Assembly (NCBI RefSeq): GCF_009914755.1
Contig: NC_060936.1
Length of the DNA stretch: 64,000 nucleotides
Origin: the human T2T-CHM13v2.0 reference genome, Homo sapiens
Direction: 5' to 3' (one strand)
The notes under the pieces were generated by a model. It did no database searches and was not told the origin of the DNA. It worked only from the letters and a program-made list of their open reading frames with translations. How positions within the stretch are numbered: position 1 is the stretch's first letter; each line of letters starts with the position of its first letter. Of the stretch, positions 28,975-44,000 are shown one piece after another. The position numbers and the translations under genes are program-made.

Positions 28975-31900
28975 AAGCATTTGGTGCCTATTTGAAGTAC
29001 AGCATAAGGGAATCCCTTGTATATGCGAACAGTTATTGTTTGATTATGTAAAAGTAATAGTAAAATGCTTACAGGAAAACCTGCAGAGTAGTTAGAGAAT
29101 ATGTATGCCTGCAATATGGGAACAAATTAGAGGAGACTTTTTTTTTTCATGTTATGAGCTAGCACATACACCCCCTTGTAGTATAATTTCAAGGAACTGT
29201 GTACGCCATTTATGGCATGATTAGATTGCAAAGCAATGAACTCAAGAAGGAATTGAAATAAGGAGGGACATGATGGGGAAGGAGTACAAAACAATCTCTC
29301 AACATGATTGAACCATTTGGGATGGAGAAGCACCTTTGCTCTCAGCCACCTGTTACTAAGTCAGGAGTGTAGTTGGATCTCTACATTAATGTCCTCTTGC
29401 TGTCTACAGTAGCTGCTACCTAAAAAAAGATGTTTTATTTTGCCAGTTGGACACAGGTGATTGGCTCCTGGGTTTCATGTTCTGTGACATCCTGCTTCTT
29501 CTTCCAAATGCAGTTCATTGCAGACACCACCATATTGCTATCTAATGGGGAAATGTAGCTATGGGCCATAACCAAAACTCACATGAAACGGAGGCAGATG
29601 GAGACCAAGGGTGGGATCCAGAATGGAGTCTTTTCTGTTATTGTATTTAAAAGGGTAATGTGGCCTTGGCATTTCTTCTTAGAAAAAAACTAATTTTTGG
29701 TGCTGATTGGCATGTCTGGTTCACAGTTTAGCATTGTTATAAACCATTCCATTCGAAAAGCACTTTGAAAAATTGTTCCCGAGCGATAGATGGGATGGTT
29801 TATGCAAGTCATGCTGAATACTCCTCCCCTCTTCTCTTTTGCCCCCTCCCTTCCTGCCCCCAGTCTGGGTTACTCTTCGCTTCTGGTATCTGGCGTTCTT
29901 TGGTACACAGTTCTGGTGTTCCTACCAGGACTCAAGAGACACCCCTTCCTGCTGACATTCCCATCACAACATTCCTCAGACAAGCCTGTAAACTAAAATC
30001 TGTTACCATTCTGATGGCACAGAAGGATCTTAATTCCCATCTCTATACTTCTCCTTTGGACATGGAAAGAAAAGTTATTGCTGGTGCAAAGATAGATGGC
30101 TGAACATCAGGGTGTGGCATTTTGTTCCCTTTTCCGTTTTTTTTTTTTATTGTTGTTGTTAATTTTATTGCAAAGTTGTATTCAGCGTACTTGAATTTTT
30201 CTTCCTCTCCACTTCTTAGAGGCATTCAGTTAGCAAAGAGGTTGGAGCAACAACTTTTTTTTTTTTTTTTGCACAATTGTAATTGACAGGTAATGAAGCT
30301 ATTTGTTAAAATATTTGCCTTTTTAAGTAAAAAAGAAAAATCAGAACAGGGCTATTTGAAGAATTATTTTATACACAGATTCTGCCTTGTTTCATAGTAT
30401 GAGGGTTGAAGACGGAAAACAATCTAAGGGTCTCTCATTTTTTTAATTTTGTTTTGTTCAGTTTGGTTTTTTTTTTTTTTTGCGCTGCTAAGAAGCTAAA
30501 GTCATCCATCCTTATTCACGTTGACAGTACCTAGCTGTAATGTTTCACAGAGTGTGCTGCTATTTTATAAACATTTTTATAATATATTATTTTACTGCTT
30601 AAATTCCAAGTCCTGAAGTAGATGGTTGAGATATGAGTTCTTCGTACTGGAAAAGCCCTTCCGTAGTTTGTTTTCTTCTGGTAGCATATTCATGGTTGTT
30701 TTTTTTTTTCTTTTTTGGTTTTTTGGTTTTTTTTTTTTCCTCTGATCACATTCTTCAAAGACGGAGTATTCTTTACCTCAGGTTTACTGGACAAAATCAA
30801 TAACTACAAAAGGCAATGATTCACGCTTTTGTTTTCATAATACCTCACAACCGTACAGTTTCTGCTTGGGAGCCCATTCGCATGAGGAATACAGAAGCAG
30901 TGTGAGCAGGGCTGACTCCCTCTCAGGTGGAAGGCAGGGCGGTCTCACTCCCAGGGACCTTTTTGGTCATGGAGGCCATCGGGCTCCCAGTTAGACCCTG
31001 GTATCCTCATCATGATGGAAAAAATACATTGAACCAAGGGATCCTCCCTCCCCTTCAAGGCAGACGTTCAGTACAAACATTTATGCGGTAGGCTCAGATG
31101 TCGTAATTTGCACTTAGGTACCAGGTGTCAGGAAACAGACTAAAAAGAATTCCACCAGGCTGTTTGGAGATCCTCATCTTGGAGCTTTTTCAAAAGCGGG
31201 GCTTCATCTGCAAAGGGCCCTTTCATCTTGAAGTTTTTCCCCTCCGTCTTTCCCCTCCCCTGGCATGGACACCTTGTGTTTAGGATCATCTCTGCAGGTT
31301 TCCTAGGTCTGAATCTGCGAGTAGATGAACCTGCAGCAAGCAGCGTTTATGGTGCTTCCTTCTCCCTCCTCTGTCTCAAACTGCGCAGGCAAGCACTATG
31401 CAAGCCCAGGCCCTCTGCTAAGCGGTACTAAACGGTCGGGTTTTCAATCACACTGAATTGGCAGGATAAGAAAAATAGGTCAGATAAGTATGGGATGATA
31501 GTTGAAGGGAGGTGAAGAGGCTGCTTCTCTACAGAGGTGAAATTCCAGATGAGTCAGTCTCTTGGGAAGTGTGTTTAGAAGGGTTCAGGACTTTGTGAGT
31601 TAGCATGACCCTAAAATTCTAGGGGATTTCTGGTGGGACAATGGGTGGTGAATTCTGAAGTTTTGGAGAGGGAAGTGGAGCAGCCAGCAAGTAAGCTAGC
31701 CAGAGTTTTCTCAAGAGCCAGCTTTGCTCAGCACACTCTCCTGGGCCCCAAGGAGTCCCACGGAATGGGGAAAGCGGGAACCCTGGAGTTCTTGGGAATC
31801 TTGGAGCCTAAAGAGAAACCGAGGTGCAAATTCATTTCATGGTGACTGACCCTTGAGCTTAAACAGAAGCAGCAAATGAAAGAACCGGACAAATAAGGAA

Positions 31901-34113
31901 GGGCACAAGCCTACCCGACTCTATTTACAGTCTGTAACTTTCCACTCTTCCTGTAGTCCCGAGGCCCCTGGGTCCTTCTAGCTTTTCTCTTTCCCATCCT
32001 TGGGGCCTTGTGTGATGATGGGTGTGGGGCTGCCGATGGGAAAGTCGGGGGTTGTTAGGCTTTTCTGCCTGCTCCTGCTTAAACACAAGAAGGAATCCTG
32101 GATTTTGCCCTCTCCTTAGCTCTTAGTCTCTTTGGTAGGAGTTTTGTTCCAGAGGAGCTCTCCCCCTTGGATTTGAACTTGCTCTTTTTGTTGTTGTTGT
32201 TCTTTCTCTTCTTTTTCTTACCTCCCACTAAAGGGGTTCCAAATTATCCTGGTCTTTTTCTACCTTGTTGTGTTTCTATCTCGTCTTTACTTCCATCTGT
32301 TTGTTTTTTTCTCCATCAGTGGGGGCCGAGTTGTTCCCCCAGCCTGCCAAATTTTGATCCTTCCCCTCTTTTGGCCAAATCCTAGGGGGAAGAAATCCTA
32401 GTATGCCAAAAATATATGCTAAGCATAATTAAACTCCATGCGGGTCCATAACAGCCAAGAAGCCTGCAGGAGAAAGCCAAGGGCAGTTCCCTCCGCAGAA
32501 CACCCCATGCGTGCTGAGAGGCGAGCTCCTTGAAGAAGGGGCTGTTCTTCCAGGAGGCCTTATTTTGAACTGCCTCAGGACCCCACTGGAGAGCACAGCA
32601 TGCCTTACTACTGGGCCATCCTTGGTCTATGTGCTCTGTACTGGAGGCTCTGTTCTGCCTCTTATCAGCCAGGTCAGGGGCACACATGGCTTAAGTGACA
32701 AAGCCAGAGGAGAAGACAACCCTGACAGCATCACGCTGCATCCCATTGCTAGCAGGATTGGCAACTCTTCAGACGGAGCTGCGCTTCCCTGCAGTCTAGC
32801 ACCTCTAGGGCCTCTCCAGACTGTGCCCTGGGAGCTCTGGGACTGAAAGGTTAAGAACATAAGGCAGGATCAGATGACTCTCTCCAAGAGGGCAGGGGAA
32901 TTTTCTCTCCATGGGCCACAGGGGACAGGGCTGGGAGAAGAAATAGACTTGCACCTTATGTCATGTAAATAATTGATTTTCTAGTTCAAGAAGATAATAT
33001 TGGTAGTGTGGGAATTGGAGGTAGGAAGGGGAGGAAGTCTGAGTAAGCCAGTTGGCTTCTAAGCCAAAAGGATTCCTCTTTGTTTATCTCTGAGACAGTC
33101 CAACCTTGAGAATAGCTTTAAAAGGGAAATTAATGCTGAGATGATAAAGTCCCCTTAAGCCAACAAACCCTCTGTAGCTATAGAATGAGTGCAGGTTTCT
33201 ATTGGTGTGGACTCAGAGCAATTTACAAGAGCTGTTCATGCAGCCATCCATTTGTGCAAAATAGGGTAAGAAGATTCAAGAGGATATTTATTACTTCCTC
33301 ATACCACATGGCTTTTGATGATTCTGGATTCTAAACAACCCAGAATGGTCATTTCAGGCACAACGATACTACATTCGTGTGTGTCTGCTTTTAAACTTGG
33401 CTGGGCTATCAGACCCTATTCTCGGCTCAGGTTTTGAGAAGCCATCAGCAAATGTGTACGTGCATGCTGTAGCTGCAGCCTGCATCCCTTCGCCTGCAGC
33501 CTACTTTGGGGAAATAAAGTGCCTTACTGACTGTAGCCATTACAGTATCCAATGTCTTTTGACAGGTGCCTGTCCTTGAAAAACAAAGTTTCTATTTTTA
33601 TTTTTAATTGGTTTAGTTCTTAACTGCTGGCCAACTCTTACATCCCCAGCAAATCATCGGGCCATTGGATTTTTTCCATTATGTTCATCACCCTTATATC
33701 ATGTACCTCAGATCTCTCTCTCTCTCCTCTCTCTCAGTTATATAGTTTCTTGTCTTGGACTTTTTTTTTTCTTTTCTTTTTCTTTTTTTTTTTGCTTTAA
33801 AACAAGTGTGATGCCATATCAAGTCCATGTTATTCTCTCACAGTGTACTCTATAAGAGGTGTGGGTGTCTGTTTGGTCAGGATGTTAGAAAGTGCTGATA
33901 AGTAGCATGATCAGTGTATGCGAAAAGGTTTTTAGGAAGTATGGCAAAAATGTTGTATTGGCTATGATGGTGACATGATATAGTCAGCTGCCTTTTAAGA
34001 GGTCTTATCTGTTCAGTGTTAAGTGATTTAAAAAAATAATAACCTGTTTTCTGACTAGTTTAAAGATGGATTTGAAAATGGTTTTGAATGCAATTAGGTT
34101 ATGCTATTTGGAC

Positions 34114-34119
34114 AATAAA
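34114..34119 (+). terminator. CCND2: Distal polyadenylation signal AATAAA
   Basis: AATAAA followed by a GU/U-rich downstream element (ccgtttttgacttattt). Confidence 0.85.
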
Positions 34120-34802
34120 CTCACCTTGACCTAAATTATCTGGCCGTTTTTGACTTATTTATAAACCAGCAGTCCTCAGAATGGAATACACTTGTCTCAT
34201 GTCAGAACTGTTTCATGCCGCTGCAACATTTGGCAGTGGCATAAAAGACACATTCTAACCTGGAATGGAATCTACATGTGCCTCTGTGTTATGGCGGTAC
34301 AAGTCATTGTTGACATTGCTAGGGGACGAGGGGTGCCCATGCAGCCAGCTTATAAGCTAGAAGCCTCAGTCCACCTTCAGAAGGTGGGTACATCACAGAC
34401 ACTATGACTGGTCCTCAGAGGATCGTCCCTGATTGTTGCCAGCTACTCATTCTGGGCTGTGAGGAAGCATCTCCTGGCATGAGAGGTACCAGAAGCCTGC
34501 GGTGCCATCTCCAGAGTCTAGGGAGTCTCTGGGAACCCTGCCCCTGCAGCTTTCCTGGCTCCTGCCTGCTGTTCTTCGTGGCTCCCACCTGATTTCTGAT
34601 CCTTCCTGCACCCCTCTTCTGAGACACAGGCCACAACTACCTTTGCTGGAGTCTGGAGAAGCAGAGCCTGGGAATGGGATGTGACAGTCTCCGTACTGCT
34701 GAAATGAATTGCCAGGCCCTAGGCCCAGCTGCTCTTGGACCTTAGCTCAGACCAGCTTCTTTCCCGAGAGTGATGGGTGTGCAGAAGACAAGGGCCTAAT
34801 GA

Positions 34803-35048
<246 letters not shown>

Positions 35049-37696
35049 TAAAATTAATTTTTTCCAAAGTTCCTTGTCTGGAAGTCATCGAAGGCTGTTT
35101 TCCATTTTAATTCTGACCTGAGTTGTAAACAAGATTTAAAACTGGCCGTTGGGGAAGTCCAGATTAAGATATTCCAGGCTGATCTCAAGTAACTTCACTT
35201 AATAGGACTTTTAAGCTTACAAGGACCCTAGAAATTCCCCTTTGTTCCCATTCCCCTTGACATCCGCCATTCTTAGCGACAAATGGGGGTAACTTTTTTC
35301 TTGGGTTTCTGCCTAGTGAAGTCTGCTGGCCTCCTGGGAGTTTCAAGGGCCTCTGGTTGCCATTCTTAACCATCCTTGGAATTCTCTTTGGCATGACATA
35401 ATGTCCAACTGGGTTCCTCTCCCTCCCTTTCCCTATCTTTTTGCTCTGTAGGATCAATGCTATATCTGTTTATAGCATGACAACTCCACTCCCTCTCTCA
35501 AATGCCACCCAGCAACACTGCTGGGCTTCCCCCATTCTGAACAATGGATGTTTTAAGGGCGGGAAGAGCAGATGAAGCACACAGCCGAGCAGTGAGAAAT
35601 CTGACTGTCCCATCTACGCTCTTTCAGACCCAGATCATCTTATAACTGGAAAATCTCAAACTTGGAAGTGCCTTTCCTGAAAGTGGCCATTAAAAATGCA
35701 ATGAAGACCTGGAAATCCCCGATCTTTTGTGCGTGTTCAAGGGAGTGCTTTTGTATCTCTAATGACTTTCTAAGATTTGGAGCTTTTATTTAGTATGCAG
35801 AGGTATCCCCAAAATTCACCTTCCCAGTTGGCTTAGCAGTAATACTGTCAAAATACTGACACGAAGCAAGTACTCAAAAGCTGAATATTACACCAGATTA
35901 CTTCCCTGCTCTCCTGGCAGTTACAGCAACAGCAAAAATGCTGTGGACAGAGTAGGGAGATTCAGAGTATCAAGGTAAGCCTAGTACTCACAGCCGATGT
36001 GTTATGTGGGGCCTGTACTGAGCCTTTAAGGAAAAGCACAGAAAAAAACAGGACACACAGGCCTATGAAATAGCAGAGAGAAACAACAGCAAATGCAAAT
36101 GAGTCTGGGGGGAAATCGATGCTAAGGTGTGGGAGGGGGCCCTTGCAGAGGAACAGGTTTCCTCAAGCAAGTGAGTTTTAGGAAAACACTTTTGTTAGGA
36201 AGATCATGTGGGTCAGCATAGTTTGGAAACGGAAACAGAGTGTGACCTTTTCCAAAAATAAAAGGGATGGGAAGTAATTTTTTTTTAAATGAAGGGAAAA
36301 TATTCCACACAATTTAATAGATTTTAAACAATATAAACACAGATGTTAGGCTTGTGAAACAGGATAAGCACAGCCACAAACATTGATTTGGGATTACCAC
36401 CCACCTAATTTCTCATGAGGCTTAAAGAAAGAAGGCTGGACGCTTCAATATGACTGGTGGCTTTCCTTGTCTTTGGGCTCTGGGGGCCTCCCCGTGCTGG
36501 AGGGGCGGATTCCATCCGCTCGGACCACAGGCTCAGTCAAACAGAACTGGGCGGCCTGAGAAAGCAAGACCAGCGCCCCTGCCTCTGTCTCATTGTCCCC
36601 CTGAAGCTTTGAGTTTATGCTTCAAGCTTTGAGTTTACTCATTATTATGGTTTCTTTCATGCTGATTCGCTCGGAGGACCCTGGCCCTTCTGCTGCGCTC
36701 ACCGCCGCCGCTCTGGTAAATGACTGTCCGCATGGTTTCAACATGCAGTTCTTCCTGCGAAGTCCACTAGGTGGTACTAATGCCACGGACAGGATCACTC
36801 ACAAGGAAACCCAGAGCCAGCCGGGTGTAGGTTGCCTCTGCCCTGCACGGAAGGGAACACCTCCCTCCAGCAGACAGCACTGGAGCAGCACCCCCGCCTC
36901 CGCCATCTCCCCAGGGCAGCCTGGGGAAGGAACGTCAGGCCTTTCCCGTCCACACCTGGCGCAGTTCCCTCACCTGCTTCTCTCACTACCGCCACATCGT
37001 GACTCCATCTGGGGTGGCTGGTGCTGGTTCATCACCTTCCCTGACTCTTCAGTGACTAATCCAGAGATGGCACACTGGCAGCTTACAGACCAAATCCAGC
37101 CTGCAGACATAATTAGCTTGACTCCCACAGTGATTGAAACTGTCTTGGATTTACTTGCCAATACAAGATGAGAGCTTTCACATAAAAGTCAGGATTGTAA
37201 CGACTCTTGGGAGATTTAAGTCCTGGCAACCACAGGCCCGCGAGGCCGCGAGGGCTGCAGCTGAGTGTGACTGGCCCCTTTCTCTACCCCCTGCCCACCC
37301 CACAACCGACTGAACCCGCTGCTCTCTTTTACGGCGCCTGCCAGTCGGCTTAGGGCTTACAGCTCTGCAGCCTAACCTGTGTCTGTTTTACCTCCCTGGC
37401 CAGGAAGATGGACCCAGTAAGTCCCAAGTGGAGTCATCCTCCTCCAACCCTCTCCACCACAAACAGACCTGGAATACTTCTTTCAGTTTGTGGACCATAA
37501 CCTCTCCTTCTCAGACGAAGAAAGACCGTACTGCCTCAGTAAGCATTAAGATCTCTTTATGTCTTTATGAGTTTTTAGTTATCAGATTACCCCCGGGGCT
37601 GGGCCAGATTTTTGAAATTCCTTTGAGATCCCAACATTCAGCCCCACGCCCAGGTCTGCAGGTAGGCCCAAATAAGGTGGGGTGGTAAAGATCTGC

Positions 37697-38015
<319 letters not shown>

Positions 38016-39107
38016 AGCTTTTCCTGCTTTTGTTTGTCTGGAGAGTCATTTTTAGTGCTCCTGGCACCATGGAGATTCCATGAGAAGACAAACCTGTGAG
38101 ATTTCTATATTTGTTGAAAAAGTGCAAATCTCTGTGGCTATGTTTCGGTCAACGCATTCACTGAAAATCGCTACTCTTCATCATCCCCTTCCCACACAGG
38201 GCTCCTGGGCACTGCTCGTTTATTCAACAAATGAGGGCTGGGTACGTGCCTGGTGCTCCGTATGGGACCCCTCATTCAACAAATGTGTCTCAGTACTTGC
38301 TTTTCCAGGGATGAGATCTCTGCTCTCCTTGATCTCAAAGGCTAAAGACAGAGACAGATAAAAAGACAACTGCTACTTGGTGGTTGGCCCAGAATACAAG
38401 CGCTCTATGCTCTGCTCTGGAATGCCCCCCCGGCCACCCACTCGCTTTGTAACCTTGGGCTCATTACTTAGCCACCCAGCAACTCACAGTAAACTCAGTG
38501 ACTTAGTTTTTTCATCTGTGAAATGGGGTTTTGTAGTTTTGAAAGAGCTTTCCACAAGCCTCTCCTATAATCCTTTTATAACTCTGGTGAATTTGGTACC
38601 TTGTTTTGTAGCTAAGTGAATGGAGGGTCACACGGCTCACTTGGCTTATCACAAAGAGTTAGGCTAGGACTGGATCCCAGATGTGTCTGAATTCAAATAT
38701 CATGCATCTTCTGCTACACTGGGCTACTTTATTGATCCATATTTTGCTTACTGAGCATTGAGCTGAAAGAGTGAGACTTTTAGCCCAGTGTGGGCAGGAA
38801 GGTTGCAGGGGGTGGGGGGGGTTGGATGATGACATCACTTAGTGAAATCATCAGGGGATAGTTTTTTAATGAAGACAAAGTCAATGAAGAAAGTAAAGGG
38901 CCTTGTCATCTAAGGAGGAGTTTGTCAGTGAATGTACACCAAGGAAGTAGCCTTTTCTTTCCAGCGTCTTTGCCTTGCCCCTTGGCTGTTCTTCATGCTC
39001 ATTCCATTCAGGTTATAAATGCGTTGCTCATAAACTCCTGGGAAGGAGCCATGGGTTCTGCTTTCCTCCCAAATCCCCAAACCTATGTCAATTAAAACAA
39101 GAATCAC

Positions 39108-39441
<334 letters not shown>

Positions 39442-41338
39442 CTATTCTTCAGGGACCCACGAATATCTGTGTTATTATTATTTCTCCCCCAACGCTCCCT
39501 CCTTCCCCCACCAAGCCCAGAGAATCTCAGTCCAGAGGCAGGGAAGCCTTGCTTGTATCATCAGCCTCCCAAGCCTTTGCTGTTTAAAGATTCCTTTTGT
39601 TATCCTATAGGAAGAGATATTCTTTTTCTTGGTTTTTCGTGGCCACCTTCCTTGCCCCGAAAAAAGGGACACAGGAGGAAGGGCCCAAAAACGTAGAGGA
39701 AAAATACTGTAGGAAAAAATGCTGATTAATATTTCCAAAAATATTATTTTACCATGGATGCAATGGCCTGAGGCCCTGCAAGGGTGAATGCCACACTGAG
39801 GGTCACCCAGCAATGTACAAATGAACAATGAAGGACAACTGCTGGCCTCTGCAGGCTTCCATTCATTGCTCAGCTCTGTGAGCCTCTGGACATCTTGGTG
39901 AATACCCTCAGAAAATCTTGAAGCACCACAGGTTTTAAAAGCAGTCACTCACTTATGTTTTTCATATGTCACTGTAAGCTCATCATGAAGGGACTATGGA
40001 AGATTTGCTTCCATATGGCACTGCCTAGGTATTAGGGCCAGGACACCTAGGATTTTAGGGCCTAGCGGTCTTCTCTTTTCCTTAGCATTCTGTCAGGGCT
40101 CTGGCAAGAACAAGAGGATTGGCCTTTCTAGCCAATGTCCCCCCCAGTGCTTGCTACTTGCCTGGAATATTATGGACTGTATCATACATTTCTGTATTAC
40201 ATACAATCATTGTGACAGAGTCAGGATGCTGTGGTGGAAAAAGGCTTAGGTAATAAGATGATCTGACTTTGAATCCCAGGGCTGCCACTTAGCTTTACAA
40301 GCTCTGAGTCTCTGCTATTCTTTTATAAAATCTCTCTGGATTATTAGAAGGATTAAATGAGGTAGTCTATGTAAAGTGCCTAATACATAGAAAGCTTTAA
40401 CAAGAATCAGCTAGTCTGAACATATGCAAACACACCAAGGACCGTGTTCATTGCTTTTGAAGGCATTGTAGATGCAATGTTATTTTCCCAAAAAGTCAGG
40501 GGTGGAGGTGGATATGGGTTTTCTGTGGATCCTGATGAGACTACTATCAAGAGCACAGCAGTGAAACAAAAGCATTTACAACTCTCATAATATCCCCTTG
40601 GTGCTGCCGCCCTTCTTCCAGACAGCAATGAACTTGGGCTTGGGGAGCGTTCTCTTCCCCACTAAGTAACAGGCTAACAGGCAAGGCATGAAAAGGGATT
40701 AGAGGATGCATGTATTCAAATAAAGGGGAGTTCCCCAGAAGCACGGCAGGCTGAGAAGGCATCTTTCGACTGTCCATCAGTAGGAAAGCTGTTTGACTGG
40801 CAGATATAATTTTTTTGGAACCAGCAATAATGGGGAGCTATTGGTGACAGATGTCAGATGTTGGCAGAGCAGCTGCCAAAACAAGTCTCCCTCCACCTTC
40901 AGACATCAAGCTGATGGGGACTGGGAGTCCCTTCGCACTTGGGTCATTGGTCACATTATTATTTCTCAGTTGCTGGACAAAGCAGATGGTTTACCATGTA
41001 TTTGTGATTTTCTGTTGGCCTAGAAATTCTGTTCTTCCATCAGGGTACAGCATGTAATCAATTATGACAGTGGGTGGTGCAAGAAAATCCCTGCCAGTAA
41101 AAGCCCAAGACTTTCTCTTTTATTAAGTCTGCATAAACCACTACAATTTCCAACTTCAAAGCAATAGAAGAAAAAAGCAAAGTAGTGGTGTTATAAATAA
41201 CTTGGGTAATCACAAAAACCACAGTTCTCAGTTGGTCCCAAACACTCTCAGTCTGTACTATCTGATGTCAGTTTTGTCTGTCCATTTTTATTCTGAAACT
41301 TAAAATCCTCTTGTCTCTATTCTAGTAAGTCTTAATAA

Positions 41339-41623
<285 letters not shown>

Positions 41624-42135
41624 CTATTCTGGTAAGTCTTAAAGAGCTTTATCTTAGAATCATAAAGTGACCTAATTAAAAATAAACAGAACAAATACCA
41701 GGAACATACTACCCCTCAACTAAGGTTTTTTTAAAAAAAAAAATTCTCAGCTGTATTCTATTACATAGTAAAAATAGTAAGTTGCCTTGCTTTAGTATGT
41801 GTGAGTAGCCACATAGAACAGTTTATATGTTCTCCATCACCCACCCTCTGGATAATTTTCTTTGTGAAAGACACCTTGCTTATTTGTATGCATGTGTCTC
41901 AGGAAATAAATTCTTTAGTAATAGAGCAGAACAAGCATTTTTAACATGATAACTACCAACTAGAGAAACTCTTGACATAAATTACACATTTTTTCTTGTC
42001 TTTTAAAAATATGTATGTATTTTTTCTTAAAAATCAGGCTCATAAACGAATGGCTTTCTACTCTTTTTTCATGTAATCTCCTATCAGGGGAATGTTATCA
42101 TACCATTAAATATTCTGTAAGAACATGATTTCTAG

Positions 42136-42472
42136 GGCTGGACACGGTGGCTCACATCTGTAATCCCAGCGTTTTGGGAGGCCCAGGCAGGAGGATCACC
42201 TTAGGTCAGGAGTTTGAGACCAGCCTGGCCAACATGGTGAAACCCGATCTCTACTAAAAATACAAAAATCAGCTGGGCGTGGTGGCACATGCCTGTAATC
42301 CCAGCTATGTGGGAGCTGAGGCAGGAGAGTTGCTTGAACCCTGGAGGCGGAGGTTGCAGTAAGCTGAGATGGCGCCACTGCACCCCAGCCTGGGTGACAG
42401 AGAAGACTCCGTCTCAAAAAAAAAAAAAAAAAAAAAAAAAGAAACAAACCAAAAAAAAAAAAAGAAAAAAAA
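42136..42472 (+). mobile_element. AluS element with long A tail
   Basis: Alu dimer and ~55 nt A-rich tail. Confidence 0.95.
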
Positions 42473-42489
42473 CCATAGATTCTAATGAA

Positions 42490-43170
42490 TTGTTTGGGCT
42501 CCTACAATATATCTAGTACTACTTGAGGTGCTGAAGACACAGAAGGGAACAAGCCAGTCCCCACGGTCAAGGAATATATATCCTGCTGAAGAAAGACAAG
42601 CAATGAACCTACAAAAATGTTCATAAATGATATAATTTCAGAATGAAATCGGATGATGGATAGTGACTGGGCAGCCTACTTTGCTTGAGGGAAGACCTCT
42701 TGAGAGTGGGACTTCTGAGTTGATACCTGAAGGCTGAGAAGGACGCAGCCATGCAAATATCTTGGGAAAGAGCTCTGTGAGCAGAAGGAACAGAGAATGC
42801 AAAGATCCGGAGGTAGGAATGAGCATGACGTGGTCTACGAACAGAGAGAAGCCCTGACGGCTGGAGCTGGATGAGGAGGGGCAGCGAAGAGAGAATTGTA
42901 ACTGGAGGGCCAAGAGGGGCCATGCCACATAGGCCTTGCAGGAGTTGGGACTTCATTCTAACTGCAATGAGAATTCAATAGAGAATTCTCCAGCAAGGGA
43001 GTGACACAATAGGGACATCTCTTCAATGGCTGAGTACCAGAGTAGAGGCAGCAGAGCTATGCCAACAGGCTATCACAGTAATCCAGACGAGAGGTGATGA
43101 AGGCTCAGCCTGGGACACAGTGAGACTCCAGAAGTGGTGGATTCAGGACATAATTTGGTGATAGACCCCA
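42490..43170 (-). mobile_element. L2 LINE fragment (probably continues at ~44010-44400)
   Basis: gagttgatacctgaagg...cagccatgcaaatatcttggg...gcagaaggaacag...tgcaaag, typical L2 3' region. Confidence 0.7.
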
Positions 43171-43718
43171 TAAACTTTTTTTAAAGGTTTTGGATAGATA
43201 GCTTTTATCATTTATTTATTATTGAAGATATGTACGACACAATAAATAAGCTTGCTTCAGACGTATATATAGAACTCTGTATCCAATAATGAGTGAATCC
43301 ACATTCTTCACAAGGACACACGAAACATTTCTGTGAAATGCCTGTGGACTAGTCCACAAAGCAAGTCTCTGTAAATTTCAAAAATGTATACCCTTGAAAA
43401 TCTCTGAAGTCCTGGAGATTTAAGTCTGCAACTATCTTAGTCTTACTACCAAGAATAGCCCCTAAGGAAAAAAAAAACCCTTTCAATAAAAAAAAGATAA
43501 ACAAGAATAATATAAATTTCACAGACTCCAGCTAACCAGCTTTTGGTCACAATGTAATTAATTTCATTCTTAATGCATTGCTGAAAATATTTAAATGCCT
43601 GGGGAACTGGCTCCAACCCACAATCTCCTCCCCTACCCTACATTCCAAATAGATCAGGCATTTTACACTTGGCTCATCTTCAGTGAAGACAGTAATTAAT
43701 CTTTATTTGAAAACAAGA

Positions 43719-43961
43719 TTTGGGAGGCAGACGCAGGCAGATCACCTGAGGTCAGGCGTTTGAGACCAGCCTGGCCAACATGGTGAAACCCCATTTCTAC
43801 TAAAAATATAGAAAAATTAGCTGGGCGTGGTGGCGGGCACCTGTAATCCCAGCTACTCAGGAGCCTGGGGCAGAAGAATCGCTTGAACCTGGGAGGTGGA
43901 GGTTTCAGTGAGCTGAGATCACGCCACTGCACTCCAGCCTGGGTGACGGAGCAAGACTCTG

Positions 43962-43996
<35 letters not shown>
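43719..43996 (+). mobile_element. AluS, 5'-truncated
   Basis: Begins at tttgggagg; poly-A tail. Confidence 0.93.

Positions 43997-44000
<4 letters not shown>

Larger units (their letters stand above)
28793..34135 (+). other. CCND2: CCND2 long 3'UTR (~5.3 kb)
   Basis: Repeat-free, with U-rich tracts and many miRNA seed matches; ends after AATAAA at 34114-34119. Confidence 0.9.

Noticed and set aside
36601-36640. Short tandem duplications (aagctttgagttta x2; also ~8191-8221 and ~26722-26777)
   Set aside because: Ordinary replication-slippage duplications with no functional hint
37376-37416. Alternative coding first exon for TIGAR ending in CA (would rebuild the His codon)
   Set aside because: In-frame TAA at 37373-37375, no in-frame ATG, and RHG would become THG
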